DNA of 64,000 nt. It comes from Camelus ferus (Eukaryota). The translations under genes were made by a program, and so were the position numbers. Location of the stretch: positions 8,556,001 to 8,620,000 of the forward strand of contig NC_045705.1 of the NCBI RefSeq assembly GCF_009834535.1. The letters run 5' to 3'. Of the stretch, positions 13,096 to 25,040 are shown in pieces. How positions within the stretch are numbered: position 1 is the stretch's first letter; every line of letters starts with the position of its first letter. The notes under the pieces are model-generated. The model had not been told where the DNA came from, made no database searches, and saw only the letters and a program-made list of their open reading frames with translations.

Positions 13096-15624
13096 GAAGA
13101 CAATATGCAATCAAGAGGACCCAAAGATGTCCCAGCCGAGACTATCTGACATTATTTTCTGTCTCCTACATGAAACAGTTCCTGCCTTCCAGGAGACTTC
13201 AAAGAAGGCAAGACTTGAAATAATTAAATATGAAACAATTAGAAATCAAAGGGACATCAAAGATACATAATCTAGTGCTAAATCTAGTTGTGAGTTAAGT
13301 GAGCCAAGACAGACGTACCTGAGTGCAGTCAGAGGCGGGTTTACTTGTACATTTTGCTCCTTGGCAGGGAGCCCTGCCATTTACATTGAGGGAGTCTCTT
13401 CCCTTTCTAAACGTTTGGCAAAAGGGGCGGAGCTTTGTTAGATTGACAGATGATGTGGATTCTACTCCTTCTTTCTTTGAAAATTTCTACCTTATAGAAT
13501 CTTAACTCCCCAGGTTCCTGGCCTCCACCCTCCCTTTGTGGGAATGCCGTTTAAGTTCTTTCCCTGACTTCAGCATTTGAGAAGACCACCCTCAGAGGAT
13601 CATCCATGGAAAACGCCATTGCTGACCAAGTAGCCTGCCTGTCCAGAGTGGAAGCCAGATGAAGTGGGCACAAACATCTCTCACCACCCTATTTTTCCAT
13701 CTTGCTGCAGAAACTGATCAGCAACCAGGCAGAAAGCCTAGTTCTAGACCCAACTGGCACAAGAGACTCTCCCAGGAGATTCTAAAATACCTATCCTTAC
13801 ACCTCGCCCCAGAACAATTGCACAGAACCAGGCATTGGTATTTTTCTCAAGGGCCCCCAGGAAATTAGGGTGTGACCCAGGGTGAGAAATACTGGTGGGG
13901 CAACTTCATGGTCCATTCTCATGGGTGATGGGTAGATTTGAAATCTCCCTTCCTGCTACTTCTAGAGGCAGCATAGAGGAATGTGCCAGGCCTTATGCTC
14001 AACAGGCCTGGGTTTGAATCCCTGCTGTGCCCTGCGTTGGCTGAGCGGTATTGGTTAACTTACTGAACAGCTCTGACAGTCCACCTAGTTAATGATAAAA
14101 GAGGCAAACTAATAGTTCCTACCAATGAGATTCAACAAGACACCATAAAAAAGCATCTGGCCCACAGGGTACCTAAGAAGCATGCACCCTCTTCCCTCCC
14201 TGTACCTCCTACCCCTACCCTACCTTAGCACTGCAGTGAGCTTTGGGCAGCTCTGGCTTGGTTTTGTGCTATGTCTCCTTGATTTGACCATGACCACTGC
14301 GTCCGTCTGGATTTGCAGCCCTGGTCCCTGGATCTGGCACTCCAATACCAGCTCCCGAACTTGATCCGGCTCTTCTTTCCTGCCTTGCAGGTTCCAGGCC
14401 CAGTTTCCATCACCTGTTTCTGTGGCTCAGCTCTAAGCCCCAAAGGGATGGTTTCTAAAAGTAGCTGGTCCCATGTTGCTTCAGCTAAGTTGTAGCACTA
14501 GGAGGGGTGGGGCTAATTTTAGACTTGTCCTGGACTAACATCTGAGAAAAAGCAAGGCTAGGCAAGTCCACCCTGTCCCCTTTGTACCCGGGTTGGAGTT
14601 TACAGGGAAGGGCTGGGGAGATGTTGTCACAGGGTTTGCATGTCTGCATCAGACCGGGCACCTTATATGGAAATATAATACATTATACCATTTGCCCCAA
14701 AATCGATTTGGACTTGAACATCAGAGGCTGTGCTGAGTGGGAGTAACCACAATGTACACTGGAGCTTTTGATATGCTAATCCATGTTCTGAGCTGGGGTG
14801 AACTGTCTTCTGCCTCCCCAGGGACAGGACCAGGCAGGTGTAAACAGTGCCCTGGATCTGAGAGTCTGCAGACAAGAGGTTGATGAAGAGAAAAGATAGA
14901 AGTTATTGATTTATTCGTGGTTTAGAGAAACTGAGAAGGAAATAGGACGAAGCAATACGGAGACAGAAAGCCCTGATTGGGAGAGGCAGTCATGGCTTGG
15001 CAGCTCCTAGAAGAGGCCTGGCCCAGGGTAGGCTTTTAATGACCTTTTGTGTGTAGAATGAAAGGCTTCTAAGTTGGAGAAGATGAGATGCTTTGGGGAT
15101 GCCCCGTGAATATCTTGTGCTTTGGAAGGAAGGACGACCAATTCAAAGCAAATGGATATCAAAGGACTGACCAGGGGAACCACAGCATCAGAGATTTGTG
15201 GCCTCTAGGTCACGAGACAATGAGAGAGAAATCAGCTCTTATAGGTTCAGGCCCATAGACTAACAACAAAGGAAGTGCCGAGGACCCCCAGGTTAAGAGA
15301 TAAGACAGAGAAGAACAGTGAAAAGGGTAGGGCCTTTGGAGTGAGTCAGACCAGTTTCTCCATTCCATCACTTAAGGCTGTGTGATCTTATGCAAATTAC
15401 TCAACTACTCTGAGTCACAGTTACTCTGTATGTTTATTAAACATTTACCAATAGATATTTACTGATCCTTCACCAATAATTTGTCTACTACATGAGCCAG
15501 ACAGTTGGATATTGTGGCAAGCAGATGCATTTCTTGCCCATCTGCCTCTAACAATCTGGTAGGGAAGGCAGAGGAGAGAAAAGGACAAGACAAAGACAGA
15601 TGGTGCTGAGTGCTGTGAAGAAAG

Positions 15625-16225
15625 GAAAGAGAATAACCATTTCATTGTTAGTGCAAAGAAATGCAACAGATTTCTGTTTGTTAATCTTGTGTCCTGCTCC
15701 CTTGCTGAATTCATTTATCAGCTCTAGTAGATTTTGTGTGGAGTGTTTAGGGTTTTCTATATCATGTCATCTGCATATAGTGACAATTTTACCTCTTCTC
15801 TTTCAATTTGGATCCCTTTTTAATTTCTTTTTCTTGTCTGATTGTTATGGCTAGGACTACCAATACTGTGTTCAATAGAAGTAGTGAGAGTGGGCATCTT
15901 TGTCTTGTTCCAGATTTTAGCAAGAGGGTTTTTGACTTTTCACTGTTGAATATTATGTTGGCAGTGGATTTGTCATAAATAGCATTTGTTATGAAGAGAT
16001 ATATTCCCTCTATAACCACTTTGGTAAGAGTTTTTATCATGAATGGATGTTGAATTTTATGAAATGTCTTTCTGCATCTATTGAGATGATTGTGTGATTT
16101 TTGTCCTTTATTTTGTTGATGTGGTGTATCACATTGAGTAATTTGGAAGCCATCCATCTTTGTGCCCTTGGGATGAATCCAAATCTTTTTTATGTGTTGC
16201 TGGAATCGGTTTGCTAATATTTTAT
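15625..16225 (-). mobile_element. L1 ORF2 reverse-transcriptase fragment inside an L2 remnant
   Basis: ORF 15789..16283 encodes [11 protein letters not shown]...[33 protein letters not shown] (L1 RT). It is frameshifted and has no 3' UTR or poly(A). Confidence 0.9.
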
Positions 16226-16729
16226 TAAGAAACAAAACATGATTCCTAAAGCCTCCTTCAGCATCCTTAGCATGAAGTAGCACAGGATCTTCCTCCTACC
16301 TTGTCCCAGCCCCTTTCTTTCTTGCTGACTCTTTTCTCCAGCTCCTTTCCTGCCCCTCCACCCCACTTTCTCCCATGCCTGCCCCTTCTCCCTCTTTTGC
16401 TCTCATCTCCCTCTCAGAAAAATACCAAAGTTCTTTTCTTATATCATGCATAAAGGTCTTGCTTCCATCTAAAATAGCTTATCAAATTTTTTTAAGTAAA
16501 TTTTTATAGAATTATAATAAACACTGACAAATCTGAAAGTAAAGCTTGATGAAGCCCAGGCATCCTGCTGAGGCTTCCCTCCCTCCCATTCCCCCCCAAC
16601 CCCAGTGGGTCCTAGACACTCAGCATGCTGCCTGTGCTCTTCAGAGCTGCCTCTTCCCTACCCTGGAGGTTCTCTGTTCATCCAGAGAGGCCCTCTTCAT
16701 TTTAATCACCCAAGAGAACATGCTGAAGA

Positions 16730-16732
<3 letters not shown>

Positions 16733-16764
<32 letters not shown>
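16733..16764 (+). repeat. Poly(A)32 tract; a poly(T)21 tract follows at 16806-16826
   Basis: Counted directly. Confidence 0.95.
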
Positions 16765-16766
<2 letters not shown>

Positions 16767-19380
16767 TGTGGGGAATTGACCAAGATTAAGGTGTCTCTCC
16801 ACGGCTTTTTTTTTTTTTTTTTTTTTCAGCTCCTGACTCCATGTTGACCTGAGAATAGAAAATGCCTCTGGATTTTTACCCTCTCCCCTTGTTCCTGAGG
16901 GTGGCTCCCACCTCCCAAACTTCTAGAAGGGCATGTTGACCCTCCTTCATAAAGGTTCTTTTCCTCAGCACTGGTTCTGTGAGGTAATTAGAGCAGAAAA
17001 ATGGGTGCCCCTTGGGTTGAGTTATATTTGACACAGAGCTAGACCTTGAGAGTTAGCAGGAAAGGTGAAAGTTGCATAGAATTCGAAATAGCATAGAAAA
17101 GCTCATAAAGCTATCATTTTGGAGACTGAAATGCTATTTTTCAATAAGCCCAACACAATAGTTGCATCCCGTACAGAAGTAAACTGCCATTTCTTCAGAT
17201 GAGGTAGTTGGCTTTTAGACAGACAATCTGAAAGCCAGTTGCGCTGGCTCTTTTTATCTGGAATCCCATTCAGTAGGAAAAGTATCTCACACTGAAGCTG
17301 ACTGAGGGGGCCTAAGATCCATGCCTCCCATCTCACATCCCTTCTGGAGCACATTTAGTACGCAGGATGGTTTATTAAGCACAATTACCCACAATATTTA
17401 AATGGTTGTTCTCTCTCTCTAACTCCAAGTTCATAGGGTTTGGTTTGTTTCATAATAAACCTTTGCTATATAATAATTCAGATAAATTTTATCTGCTTAA
17501 AACCAATTCAGACTTAGTCTTTAGGTGCAAACCATCTTTAAGTGGAATTTTTTTTTAAAGGAGGAACAACTGACTTTACTTTCAGTGGGGACAGCTGCAT
17601 CAGACTGATTTGCAATAGACCAAACCTCTCACTGATAAACAAACAACAGAAAAGCTGGACTCTACATGTGGCTGAAGACATTAGAGTGTTACCGTGGACT
17701 CCAGGACTTGAGGGGCCGAGGTCTCTGGGTTGAAGAGGAAACCCGTTGTGGTAAGCCTGATATTCTGCCCTCTCAATGGATTTGCCAGCTCATAATCAGT
17801 TTAGGAATGAGAGACTGAGAAGCCAAGCAGAAAGCAAAGAGGTGGTTAAGTAGAGCTTTCGGCACAAACTGAAGTTCAGGACCACCCAGGGAGCCAGGAA
17901 TAGAGGGATCAAGAGAGAAGGAGCGCCAAGAAGTGACTGTGACCACCTGAGATGCTTTCCTCCTTGAAGCGTTTGTTCATCAGTTGCACGGAGTCATGCT
18001 GATTGGCCAAGCAGAAAGCATCAAGCAGAGGCTGAGAACTTCGGCAGACTTCAGCAATCTCCGCATGCTAAGGAGAGGGGCCCTGGGAAATATCTCAGAC
18101 TTCCATTTGTCATTTCGAGAGCTATGCCCAAGAAATAAGGGCAAATATGAAACAGACTTAGACTTAACAAAGCCTAAAATGTGGCTTGAAATCAATTCGA
18201 TTCCCAACTGGACTGCCTAGCAAGAAGTAATTTGAGCTGTAAATTCACAGTAGTTGACTGTTGCCGGCTGACCTCTGATTACAAAAACAAGCAGAGGCTC
18301 GAAAGCAGCCCAAGAAGGCAGCCCTTTGCATGAATTCTAGAACAGATGTTCTCTGCTCTTCCCCAAGCTCCAGCAGCACCCATCCCTGGTTTAGGTACCA
18401 CTCCGACTGTGATGTGCAAGGCGGGTGGGGGGGTGGGAGACCAGTCCGTGAGTGTGACAAGTGCTATAGGCAGGATGAATTAAAAAGATGTCCCGGGAGC
18501 CTAGGGGATAGGGCACCTAATGCTGCCCTCAAAGTGTGTGTGTGTGTGTTGAGGGAGGCGCTTCCCAAAGGAGGTGACACCTCAGCTGAGCCCAAAGGAC
18601 CAGTAGGATTTTCCCAGATGAGGAAGGTGAATGGCATTAAAAGCAGATGGAATAACATCTGCAAAGAAAAGGAGAGCGTAACTTGTCCAGCAAACAGCAA
18701 AGAATTCTGTCTGATGAACGTGCTCAGTACCACGAGGGGAGAGTCAACAGGGAAAGCTGGAGAGAGGGGGGCAGGAACCAGGTTGGGCAGAGCCTCTTGT
18801 ATGGGGAGTTAGGGAGGTAGACAGAGCCTCGGGCCACACTCAGCCGTTTCTGCATCTGCTTGGAATGGTACACATACCTCAGGCAGTGTGGCCCAGGACC
18901 ACATCATTCTGTTCCTTCTGGAAACACTGGTTATCTCATAGTATGAGCTCTCATTGTCAAGTACATGTGTCTTTGATGAATAAACTGATTACTATAGAGG
19001 CTAATATTGTGATTTAGATGGCATACTATCATGGCTTGAATTGGTGGGAGGCCTTGTAAAGGGACCAGATGTGAAAGACGTTTGGGAACTGGGCCTGGCT
19101 GACTGGCCTTGGTGAGTGAGGACAAGGGAGGAGTGACATCTCCGTTCGCAGCTTGGACAATTGGACTAATTTTCTTATGACAAATTATTATTGTCTGTGC
19201 CTTGTCTATTTGCCTTCTAGAGTAAAAGCATCTTAGATCAAGAAACCCAAAACCTCAAGAATGTACTGAATGCTGGCTACTTGTCAGATACCTCTGGTGT
19301 CCCATTCACCCCTTACAACAGCCCAAGGAGGTCAAGACTATTATCTTTTACCATTTGGCAGATTTTAAAAACTGCTCTAT

Positions 19381-19455
19381 GGGGAGGGTATAGCTCAGTG
19401 GTAGAGCACATACTTAGCATGCACGAGGTCCTGGGATCAATCCCCAGTACCTCCA

Positions 19456-19511
<56 letters not shown>

Positions 19512-19557
19512 ATAGATGAACCTAATTACCTGTCCCCTCTCAAAAAAAGTAGAGACA
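19381..19557 (+). mobile_element. Vic-1-type SINE with internal (TAAA)14
   Basis: Near-perfect tRNA-Ala(AGC)-like body. TSD aaaaactgctcta/aaaaacttctcta (19367-19379, 19558-19570). Confidence 0.93.
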
Positions 19558-19979
19558 AAAAACTTCTCTAGATCCCCCAAATTGTAAGTGGATGACTTAG
19601 AATTGGAGTCCTGGTGTATCTTACCCTAGAACCCAAACTCTTATTATTAGACTTTTTTAGGCAATTCTACTTAGATGGGAACATAAGGCTGCTTTGATTG
19701 GTTCCTGAATCCACCCAGTTTGGTGTGGCTCATACAGCTGGCCCCACAAGCTATAGAATGAGTTGGTGTTTCTAGGTCCTCTTACACCAGGAGCCTGAGA
19801 TGTTGTGTAGACGCACACCCTGTTAGTGGTTAAGTGCGCCCAGCCCTGGAAATGGAAATCCAGGGGTCTTGGGCTGGTTTCTCAGCCTCCTCCCCTCTGT
19901 GGGTCCCATCCTGGGAGGCTGAGAAACAGGAGCCCTGCCCAGCCATTTAGCGCTTCTGCTGAGCAGCCAAACTTACAAT

Positions 19980-20110
19980 GAGAACCAATTAGTGTCAGCT
20001 GGGCGCGCAGGTGCTGTCCTGGGACACGAACGTGGACGTCGCTCAGCCGCGTGGGGGTGGGCGGGGAGCACATTACGGGGCCCTTCCACCACATCTCTCT
20101 TCCTCTAGGA
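19980..20110. promoter_or_regulatory. Small CpG-rich promoter/enhancer-like element
   Basis: About 10 CpG in ~85 bp, CCAAT (19985), E-boxes, GACGTC and GGGCGGGG box. Confidence 0.35.
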
Positions 20111-21347
20111 AGAGCGCGTGGACATGCTCTATCACATCCCTCTCTGAGGAGACATCAGCCCCCTCCTCTTCTTTCAAATGGCAGTCAGGCCCATTTTAAT
20201 TAGCACATCGCCATCACTCTGTGGCTTCTTTCCTCCAGTTGTCTTCAGACTCCACCTGGGTTCGTTCGCTGGGTCTCCGGGCCCAAACCAGGCAGTCACT
20301 ACAATGATCCTGATAATAATCATCACCATAATCATGGCTTAGAAGTTGCAAAACGCTTTCACTTGGATGATCTCCTGTCATCTTCACTGCAGGCCTGCGA
20401 GACAGGCAGGGTAGGTACTGTCATTGCCTTTGCTTTACAGTGGAGGACACTGAGGACGGAGCTGTGACACTGGGGCAAGGCTGCTCAGGGCCAGTGCTGC
20501 TCCGCGAGATCTCGGTGGAGCCCGTGTAAATGCAGGCCGGGCACCCTCGCCAAGGGGACCAGCTGGCAGTGCAGGATGGGGTAGATTTCCAAGGGCTGTT
20601 GCTGTGGGTGATTTCTCGGAAAGAGAACTTCCCCCTCTTCGGTGCCCAGGGCTCATTTGAGGAGGGCCCAGCCCAAATCTGTCTGCACAAGGCTACTCCA
20701 GTCTCTCCTGCCGATGAAGGGCAGAGAATCTTCACCCAAGGCTGTTGGGACCTGTCTAGGCCCCTCCAGGTTCTCCCCCAAAGAGGAATATCAGCCGTCC
20801 CCAAGGCCAAGCTGACAGGCTGCTTTTCAAAACAGCCCCGAGAGGGAGGCCTGGAAGTGATAGCTGCCGTCTTTCTCACCCCTGGGAGCTTTTCACAGTG
20901 AGTTTGAATGGAGTCTAATGCAGGATGGGCAAACTGAAGCACGTTCTCCTGTAGAGGTGATGACGGCTCCCCTCCCAGAGCACGGATATTTGGATAAGGC
21001 TCACACGACCATTTGAAAGATGCACGTTTCTGTCTGCAGGACCCACAGCGTGCCAGCTCCCGGCCCTGGGCCCCAACACTCTTTGTGAGGGCTGTGTCTC
21101 TGGCAAAGACAGCTCTCATCACCTGGGATTAAGGCCCTGCCCCTGAGCCAGTCTCTCTCCCAGCATGGAAGGAAGGCAGGAGGGAAGGAAAGAAAAGAGG
21201 CGAGGGTCCCGGGTCAATTCCATGACCTTGGTCTACAAGGGCAGCAATACGGTTTTAGGTTTAAGAAACCTGGCGTTGAATCCCGGTTCTGCCTCTTGGC
21301 TCTGTGATCGTGAGGAAATAATTCCATATTTGGGAGGGGGTAAGTTT

Positions 21348-21570
21348 TTTTTTAATTGAAGTATAATTGCTTTACAATGTTGTGTTCTTTTCAGGTGTAT
21401 AGGAAAGTGATTCAGTTATACATATATATCTGTTCTTTTTCAGATTCTTTTCCATTATAGGTTATTGCAAGATATTGAATATAGTTCCCTGTGCTGTATA
21501 GTAGGTCCTTGTTGTTTATCTTTTTGTATTAGGTAGTTTGTATCTGCTAATCCTAAGCTCCTAATTTATC
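21348..21570 (-). mobile_element. Cetartiodactyl L1 3' end followed by (CA)n
   Basis: ttttaattgaagtataattgctttacaatgttgtg...ataggttattgcaagatattgaatatag. Confidence 0.85.
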
Positions 21571-22259
21571 ACACACACACACACACACCCAGTATTTCCA
21601 CATTTTTTAATTTGTATTCCTTAGCTGTAAGATGGGGGATGTTAGCACCTGCTCTGCCTGACTCAGAAAGATGTTGCAAAGATCACATACGAGTGCCTTA
21701 GTGAAGCCTAGGACAGCCTCGTTGCTAGGACTGGCCCAATCAGGGGCCATGCCCAGTTTGGGCATAGGGATTGGAAAAAGCAGAAAAGAAGCCATGGGTT
21801 GGTGGGCTTCAATTCAGGAAGACAGGCAGGCTTGGGGCGTCAGGTTAGAGGAAAGCTTGCTCAGAAGTTGCATCTCCCACAATTTCAGCTTTTCTCTGGG
21901 CCTTAAACTTTTATGCAAATCGCTCTCTGCTATGTTTATGATCTAACTGAGCTTATGCAGTTCCAGGTGGAGGAACCTGTAAGTGACAGCTACACAGGAG
22001 TTAAGGGACAGGGCTGGGACTAAATTCTATGCCCTCTGAGGCCCATGCCTGCACCCTTTGTCCGTATCAGCCACCCTGATGGGGAGGGACATTTTGATTT
22101 GGGGAGAGAGAAAGTAAGGGCAAGATTATTTTGGAGAAAGGGCCAGTTCAGGGAGATTAGGCCCAGGATGCAAGGAACTGTGGCAACACTTGTCTAAGAA
22201 TCATGGCATAGGACGAGGGCCCTGGGTATCTGAGCAGGAAGTGAGAGAGAAAGTACAGG

Positions 22260-23470
22260 AGCGTATTCATTCATTCATTTATTCACCCGTTCATTCATTC
22301 ATTCGGATAGCCCTTCCACACAAATGGGAGCTGGAATGATCAGAGGCAGATTGGCAGCTCAGGCCAGGAGCAGCTCACAGAGTGGGGTGGGGCTGAGGGG
22401 ACGGGTGGAGATGCTGTTGGGCCAGCCCACAGGGGTTGTCAGAGGCATCAGGGTGAGTCTGAAATAATAAGAAAAGCCAGGCAGATGGGCAACCAGTTCA
22501 CCAACCCAAAGGGACTGGTCTGAGAAAGATCTAGTTCCCAGGACTCAGGACTGAAACATGGGACTCCAGAGCAGAATGACAAGAGTCCGAAAGGCTGGAG
22601 TTAAGCTCCCTGAGTGTAAGGGTTGGATGGTGAGAGAGAGCTAGACAAGTGAGGAGCCAGAAGAAAAGGACAGCAAGTTAAGGCTTTAGGTGTATCCCTG
22701 GGACCCTGGGAACCACGGGAAGTTTTCAGCAAAGGAGGGCTCTGGCTACAGACGGAAGATATACAGCAGCGGTCCCTGGGGGACAATGCATAGTTAGAGG
22801 CTGCCAGGGGCCTGAACTGATTCAGTGACAGTGGAGAGAGAACGAGAGATGAGAGATGTGAAGGGGACAGAATGCGCTGGTTTTAGGATACCTTTGAATA
22901 TAAGATGCTGGCGAAGCAGAGGTCGAGGTCACGAATGACTTTCAGACTTACTGACCTGGAGACTGGAGAACATGACTGAGATTCCCCACTTCGGCCAATT
23001 TTCAGACTTTCACAACACAGGTCGCTGTCCCCTTGGAGGCCTCACTTTCTAATTCTCAGAGCAAGCAAGTTGGTCAGAGTAGTGGTTTCTAGTTACGGTC
23101 CCCAGAGTGATCCTGCTGGGTGTGGCTGGGCCTCAGGAAAGGAGCCCTGAGCTGGAGTCAGAAGACCTGGCTCGAGTCCTGGCTCAGCCTGCGACATTAG
23201 GCAGGATACAGTTTCTGAACCTGGGTCTTCATTTGTGTAAATGGAGATAATTATCCATTTACTCAAGAAATAAACACACTAGGCAAAAGATGAAAAGAAC
23301 GAGACATTGGCTTGTGCCTCAGGGAACTCACAGCCCAGGAAGAGAAGCAGACGTATAAACAGATTACTGCAAAGGAGCTTGGTAAGTGGCATGGTGACGT
23401 AAAATGTGTCCGGAAGGAGGCAGACTGAAGAAGGGAGGGGCTGGCAAGTACATGAGCTGCATTTAGAGAT
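22260..23470. mobile_element. L2 and MIR fragments
   Basis: (ttca)n L2 tail at ~22265-22305, L2 body motifs, and a MIR core at ~23140-23260. Confidence 0.6.
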
Positions 23471-24156
23471 GGGACAAGGGAAGTCAGGTAGATGATGGGG
23501 AAGCAAGCTCTTCACTGAGAGAATCCAGCTGAGCCTTCCCTCCCCCGCCTCAACTCTTCTTCACCCTCCCATGACCCTTACTGCTCCCTTCCACCGTCTA
23601 AACAGCAATCCTCTTCCTCACCTGCAGATGAGGCCTGGAGGGATTCTTCAGCAAGCAAGACCTTGATCAACTCCATATTATTAACACCCAGCATCACCAG
23701 GTGGACGCACCAATGGTCCAGTGGTGGTTCCAGGCATCAGAGACTCCATCTTCCATAAGCTAATATCGACCCAAAGAGACTCAGTAGTGCAGGTTCTGGG
23801 GAGCTGGCACTGTGTTCAGTCCATGGTTGGACCCCAATGCCTCACACCATGCCTGGGATATGGTAGGTGACTAATAATTGCATGTTGAACAAAAAACCTC
23901 CATAGAATCTTTCCATTTCAAAGGGTCATTGCCTCATTTATTTCCCAGCCTCCAGGGAGAATTGCATCTCAACCACCACACCTGGACCATTCAGGATCTT
24001 TAAAGATTTAGTTGCATCCACTCAAGAAATAGGCAGAGATGCAGCTCATCTCAGGTTTTTTAACTCTGTTTTATTCGACCAGTGCACTTTGGGCAGCTCC
24101 ACTGTGCCAGTCTCTGGACACAGAGATGAATAGGACCTCAAGAATGTCACAGCCTA

Positions 24157-24893
24157 TGTGGAGAAAAGGGAACCCTCCTTCACTGCTGGTGGGAATGCAG
24201 TTTGGTGCAGCCACTGTGGAAAACAGTATGGAGATTCCTCAAAAGACTAGGAATAGACTTACCATATGACCTAGGAATCCCACTCCTGGGCTTGTATCCA
24301 GAAGGAAATCTACTTCAGGATGACATCNNNNNNNNNNNNNNNNNNNNNNNNNNNNNNNNNNNNNNNNNNNNNNNNNNNNNNNNNNNNNNNNNNNNNNNNN
24401 NNNNNNNNNNNNNNNNNNNNNNNNNNNNNNNNNNNNNNNNNNNNNNNNNNNNNNNNNNNNNNNNNNNNNNNNNNNATTTGCAGCAACATGGATGCTCCTG
24501 GAGAATGTCATTCTAAGTGAAGTAAGCCAGAAAGAGAAAGAAAAATACCATATGAGATCGCTCATATGTGGAATCTAAAAAACAAACAAACAAACAAAGC
24601 ATAAATACAAAACAGAAATAGACTCACAGACATAGAATATAAACTTGTGGTTGTCAAGGGGGCAGGGGGTGGGAAGGGATAGACTGGGATTTCAAAATTT
24701 TAGAATAGATAAATAAGATTATACTGTATAGCACAGGGAAATATATACAAGATCTTGTGGTAGCTCACAGAGAAAAAAATGTGACAATGAATATATATAT
24801 ATGTCCATGTATAACTGAAAAATTGTGCTCTACACTGGAATTTGACACAACACTGTAAAATGATTATAAATCAATAAAAAATGTTGAAAAAAA
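24157..24893 (+). mobile_element. Young camelid L1, 5'-truncated (ORF2 C-terminus plus 3' UTR), with an N-gap
   Basis: ORF 24202..24516 [23 protein letters not shown] is the L1 ORF2 C-terminus. 17-bp TSD aagaatgtcacagccta (24140-24156, 25072-25088). Confidence 0.93.
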
Positions 24894-24909
24894 ACCCAAC
24901 TTATTTCAT

Positions 24910-25040
24910 GGGGAGGGTACAGCTCAGTGGTAGAATGCATGCTTAGCATGCATGAGGTCTTAGGTTCAATCCCCAGTACCTCCATTTAAACAAACAAGCA
25001 TACGAACAAACCTAATTACCTCTCCCCACAACAAAATAAG
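24910..25040 (+). mobile_element. Vic-1-type SINE inside the tail of the L1 insertion
   Basis: ggggagggtacagctcagtggtagaatgc...aaacctaattacctctcccc. Confidence 0.9.

Noticed and set aside
14600-15290. Additional ERV LTR
   Set aside because: LTR-like feel (tttatt, gattgg), but I could not define termini, TSD or a correct motif order.
15789-16283. Functional or domesticated reverse transcriptase
   Set aside because: Fragmentary, frameshifted L1 ORF2 that lacks the YADD region.
19381-19455. Bona fide tRNA-Ala(AGC) genes at the ~12 tRNA-like loci
   Set aside because: Each has the extra GGGGAG leader, A-rich SINE tail and TSD, plus stem-breaking substitutions. These are Vic-1 SINEs, not tRNA genes.
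20421-21122. 233-aa minus-strand ORF, the longest in the track
   Set aside because: No recognisable domain, low-information composition typical of GC-rich non-coding DNA, overlapping ORFs in other frames and no splice support.
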